From the NCBI GenBank assembly GCA_964573185.1, contig CAZNIQ010000029.1:1-6737 (forward strand): a stretch of DNA of 6,737 nt, written 5' to 3'. The notes under the pieces were generated by a model. It was given only the letters and a program-made list of their open reading frames with translations. It had not been told where the DNA came from and searched no databases. Within the stretch, counting starts at the first letter, position 1. Every line of letters starts with the position of its first letter. A program made the translations under genes and the position numbers. Of this stretch, positions 5,459 to 6,737 are shown piece by piece. This stretch comes from Candidatus Woesearchaeota archaeon (GTDB lineage: Archaea > Nanobdellota > Nanobdellia > Nanobdellales > CAZNIQ01).

Positions 5459-6661
5459 CTCTATTTCTTTTATCTCCTTTACGTAATTAATCTCTTCAGA
5501 TTTTATTCCTTCCTTACTCAGATATATTAAATCATATAAAAATGAGACATGGGCAAAATAATTTCTTAATATATCAGAATATTGAACGGAGGTTTTTCTT
5601 TTATCTTTATTTTTTACTTTTTCAATTAGGTCTGCAAGATCCTTGCATTCTTTGTATCTTATTTCTTCACTGATGCTAAATATTATATTTTTATATTCAT
5701 AAACTTTCTCTAAAATTTTTATTTCATTCTCTATTAGCTTTTTAGCAACAGGATTCGGAATTTCATCTTTTATTTTCTTTATAACTTCTAAATCAATCTT
5801 ATTATACCTAAACTTTTCAGCTATGTTTTTTGCAAACAAAATCGCAAAAATATACTTAAACAATTTTTCAGAATTTATTTTACCTTTAACTTTATATTCT
5901 TCATTTTCTTTTTCTTGTTTCGGCATTAATTCTAATAAAATATTTTCGTCAAAATCAAAGTTAGAGTTTTTAACTAAAGGAAATATTAAGCCATATAGAT
6001 ATGCTACTAATAGCTTAAAAGCATGTATAGCATTAAAATTTATTTTTTCCTTGAAAACTCTTTTTATTTCCTTATGTGTTTCCTCTAATTCTTTCACATT
6101 TAATTTTATCTTCCCTTCCAAATCTATATAACCCAAATTCAAGAAATAAGATTCCGGGTTTTCTTTTAAAACAGGTGTTGCATTGTAGATTTTCAATTTA
6201 AAACCAAGAATTTTCTTTAAGTAAGATAAAGTTAGTAAAGTTATTGTTGGAAGATAATTTATTCCATGTGTTAAATCTAAAACTACTTCTTTAGCATCTT
6301 TTAACTGAAAATATAGTTGAATAAATAAATTAAGCAAGATATCGTAAAAATTTGCCATAAATTTATGATTTTTATATATTCCAGATGAGATTGTAACAAT
6401 TACTTCAGTTTTATTTAGGATTTCTTCATTAGCACCAAATTCTCTTAATTTTTCTTTAATTTTCTCCTTTAAAGAACTCTCATCCCAAACATTGAATTCG
6501 GGAAATAAACTGTTTTGAACAATTATTATTCCCTTATCAGGTTTTTCTACTTCAAATAAGGGTATGTATGTTGTCTTGGATATCAACTCTTTTCCATTTA
6601 TATTATATTTTCCATTTCCCCAATTTTTTGGATTCCCCCATGTGGCAACAAGAACTTTCAT
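5453..6661 (-). CDS. csx1: Csx1-family (TM1812-like) CARF-HEPN ancillary ribonuclease, predicted cyclic-oligoadenylate sensor
   Basis: 402-aa ORF. N-terminus MKVLVATWGNPKNW is typical of TM1812/Csx1-type CARF proteins. VLDLTHGINYLP (codons at about 6263-6277) is the D-x-T-H-G CARF signature. RNYFAH (5549-5566) is an R-x4-H HEPN catalytic motif near the C-terminus. It lies next to cas10. Confidence 0.85.
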   Translation of the reverse strand: MKVLVATWGNPKNWGNGKYNINGKELISKTTYIPLFEVEKPDKGIIIVQNSLFPEFNVWDESSLKEKIKEKLREFGANEEILNKTEVIVTISSGIYKNHKFMANFYDILLNLFIQLYFQLKDAKEVVLDLTHGINYLPTITLLTLSYLKKILGFKLKIYNATPVLKENPESYFLNLGYIDLEGKIKLNVKELEETHKEIKRVFKEKINFNAIHAFKLLVAYLYGLIFPLVKNSNFDFDENILLELMPKQEKENEEYKVKGKINSEKLFKYIFAILFAKNIAEKFRYNKIDLEVIKKIKDEIPNPVAKKLIENEIKILEKVYEYKNIIFSISEEIRYKECKDLADLIEKVKNKDKRKTSVQYSDILRNYFAHVSFLYDLIYLSKEGIKSEEINYVKEIKEIEL

Positions 6662-6689
6662 ATAAAATAATAGGAATTTTGAAATATTA

Positions 6690-6737
6690 ATGTTCTGCGT
6701 ATTGATATATGATATTGCTACTGAAAATGAAGAAAAT
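6690..6737 (+). CDS. Possible cas2 start (first 16 codons only, runs off the right edge)
   Basis: ATG at 6690, then MFCVLIYDIATENEEN. The h-h-h-YDI-x-T/S pattern is the usual first beta-strand of Cas2 (M..hhhYDI). The location beside a CRISPR-Cas locus fits, but 16 residues cannot establish the family. Confidence 0.3.
   Translation, partial: MFCVLIYDIATENEEN

Noticed and set aside
5823-6131. Plus-strand ORF of 102 aa antisense to csx1
   Set aside because: Low-complexity F/S/L/I-rich peptide inside the strongly supported csx1 frame; considered spurious.
1-6737. tRNA, rRNA, transposase/IS ends or integrase genes
   Set aside because: I found no cloverleaf-like segment, no rRNA-like conserved stretch, no terminal inverted repeats flanking a transposase-like ORF and no recombinase motifs on either strand.

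Overview
AT-rich window with K/E/I/N-rich proteins; the host cannot be assigned from the sequence alone. It carries the core of a type III, Csm-like CRISPR-Cas locus. Left to right: the 3' part of a csm3-like Cas7 gene (3-434); an overlapping csm4-like Cas5 gene (418-1443); and a 752-nt non-coding gap (1444-2195). The gap holds a GC-enriched self-complementary element (1482-1550), a three-repeat CRISPR mini-array (1613-1783; 27-nt repeats, 44- and 46-nt spacers) and weaker decayed repeat copies. Next come a csm5-like RAMP gene (2196-3038) joined by an ATGA overlap to cas10 (3035-5458). This cas10 has the HD motif, SGDE in place of the cyclase GGDD, and no Cys4 zinc finger. A convergent csx1 CARF-HEPN gene (5453-6661, minus strand) has a stop overlapping the cas10 stop. 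At the right edge, 16 codons look like a cas2 start (6690-6737). No cas6, cas11 or cas1 is visible in the window. The most unusual points are the array embedded inside the effector operon (ordinary short array versus a CreTA/CreR-like regulatory module), the structured GC-rich element in its presumed leader, and a gene order with cas10 last. All family calls are by-eye motif recognition; no database search or folding program was run.
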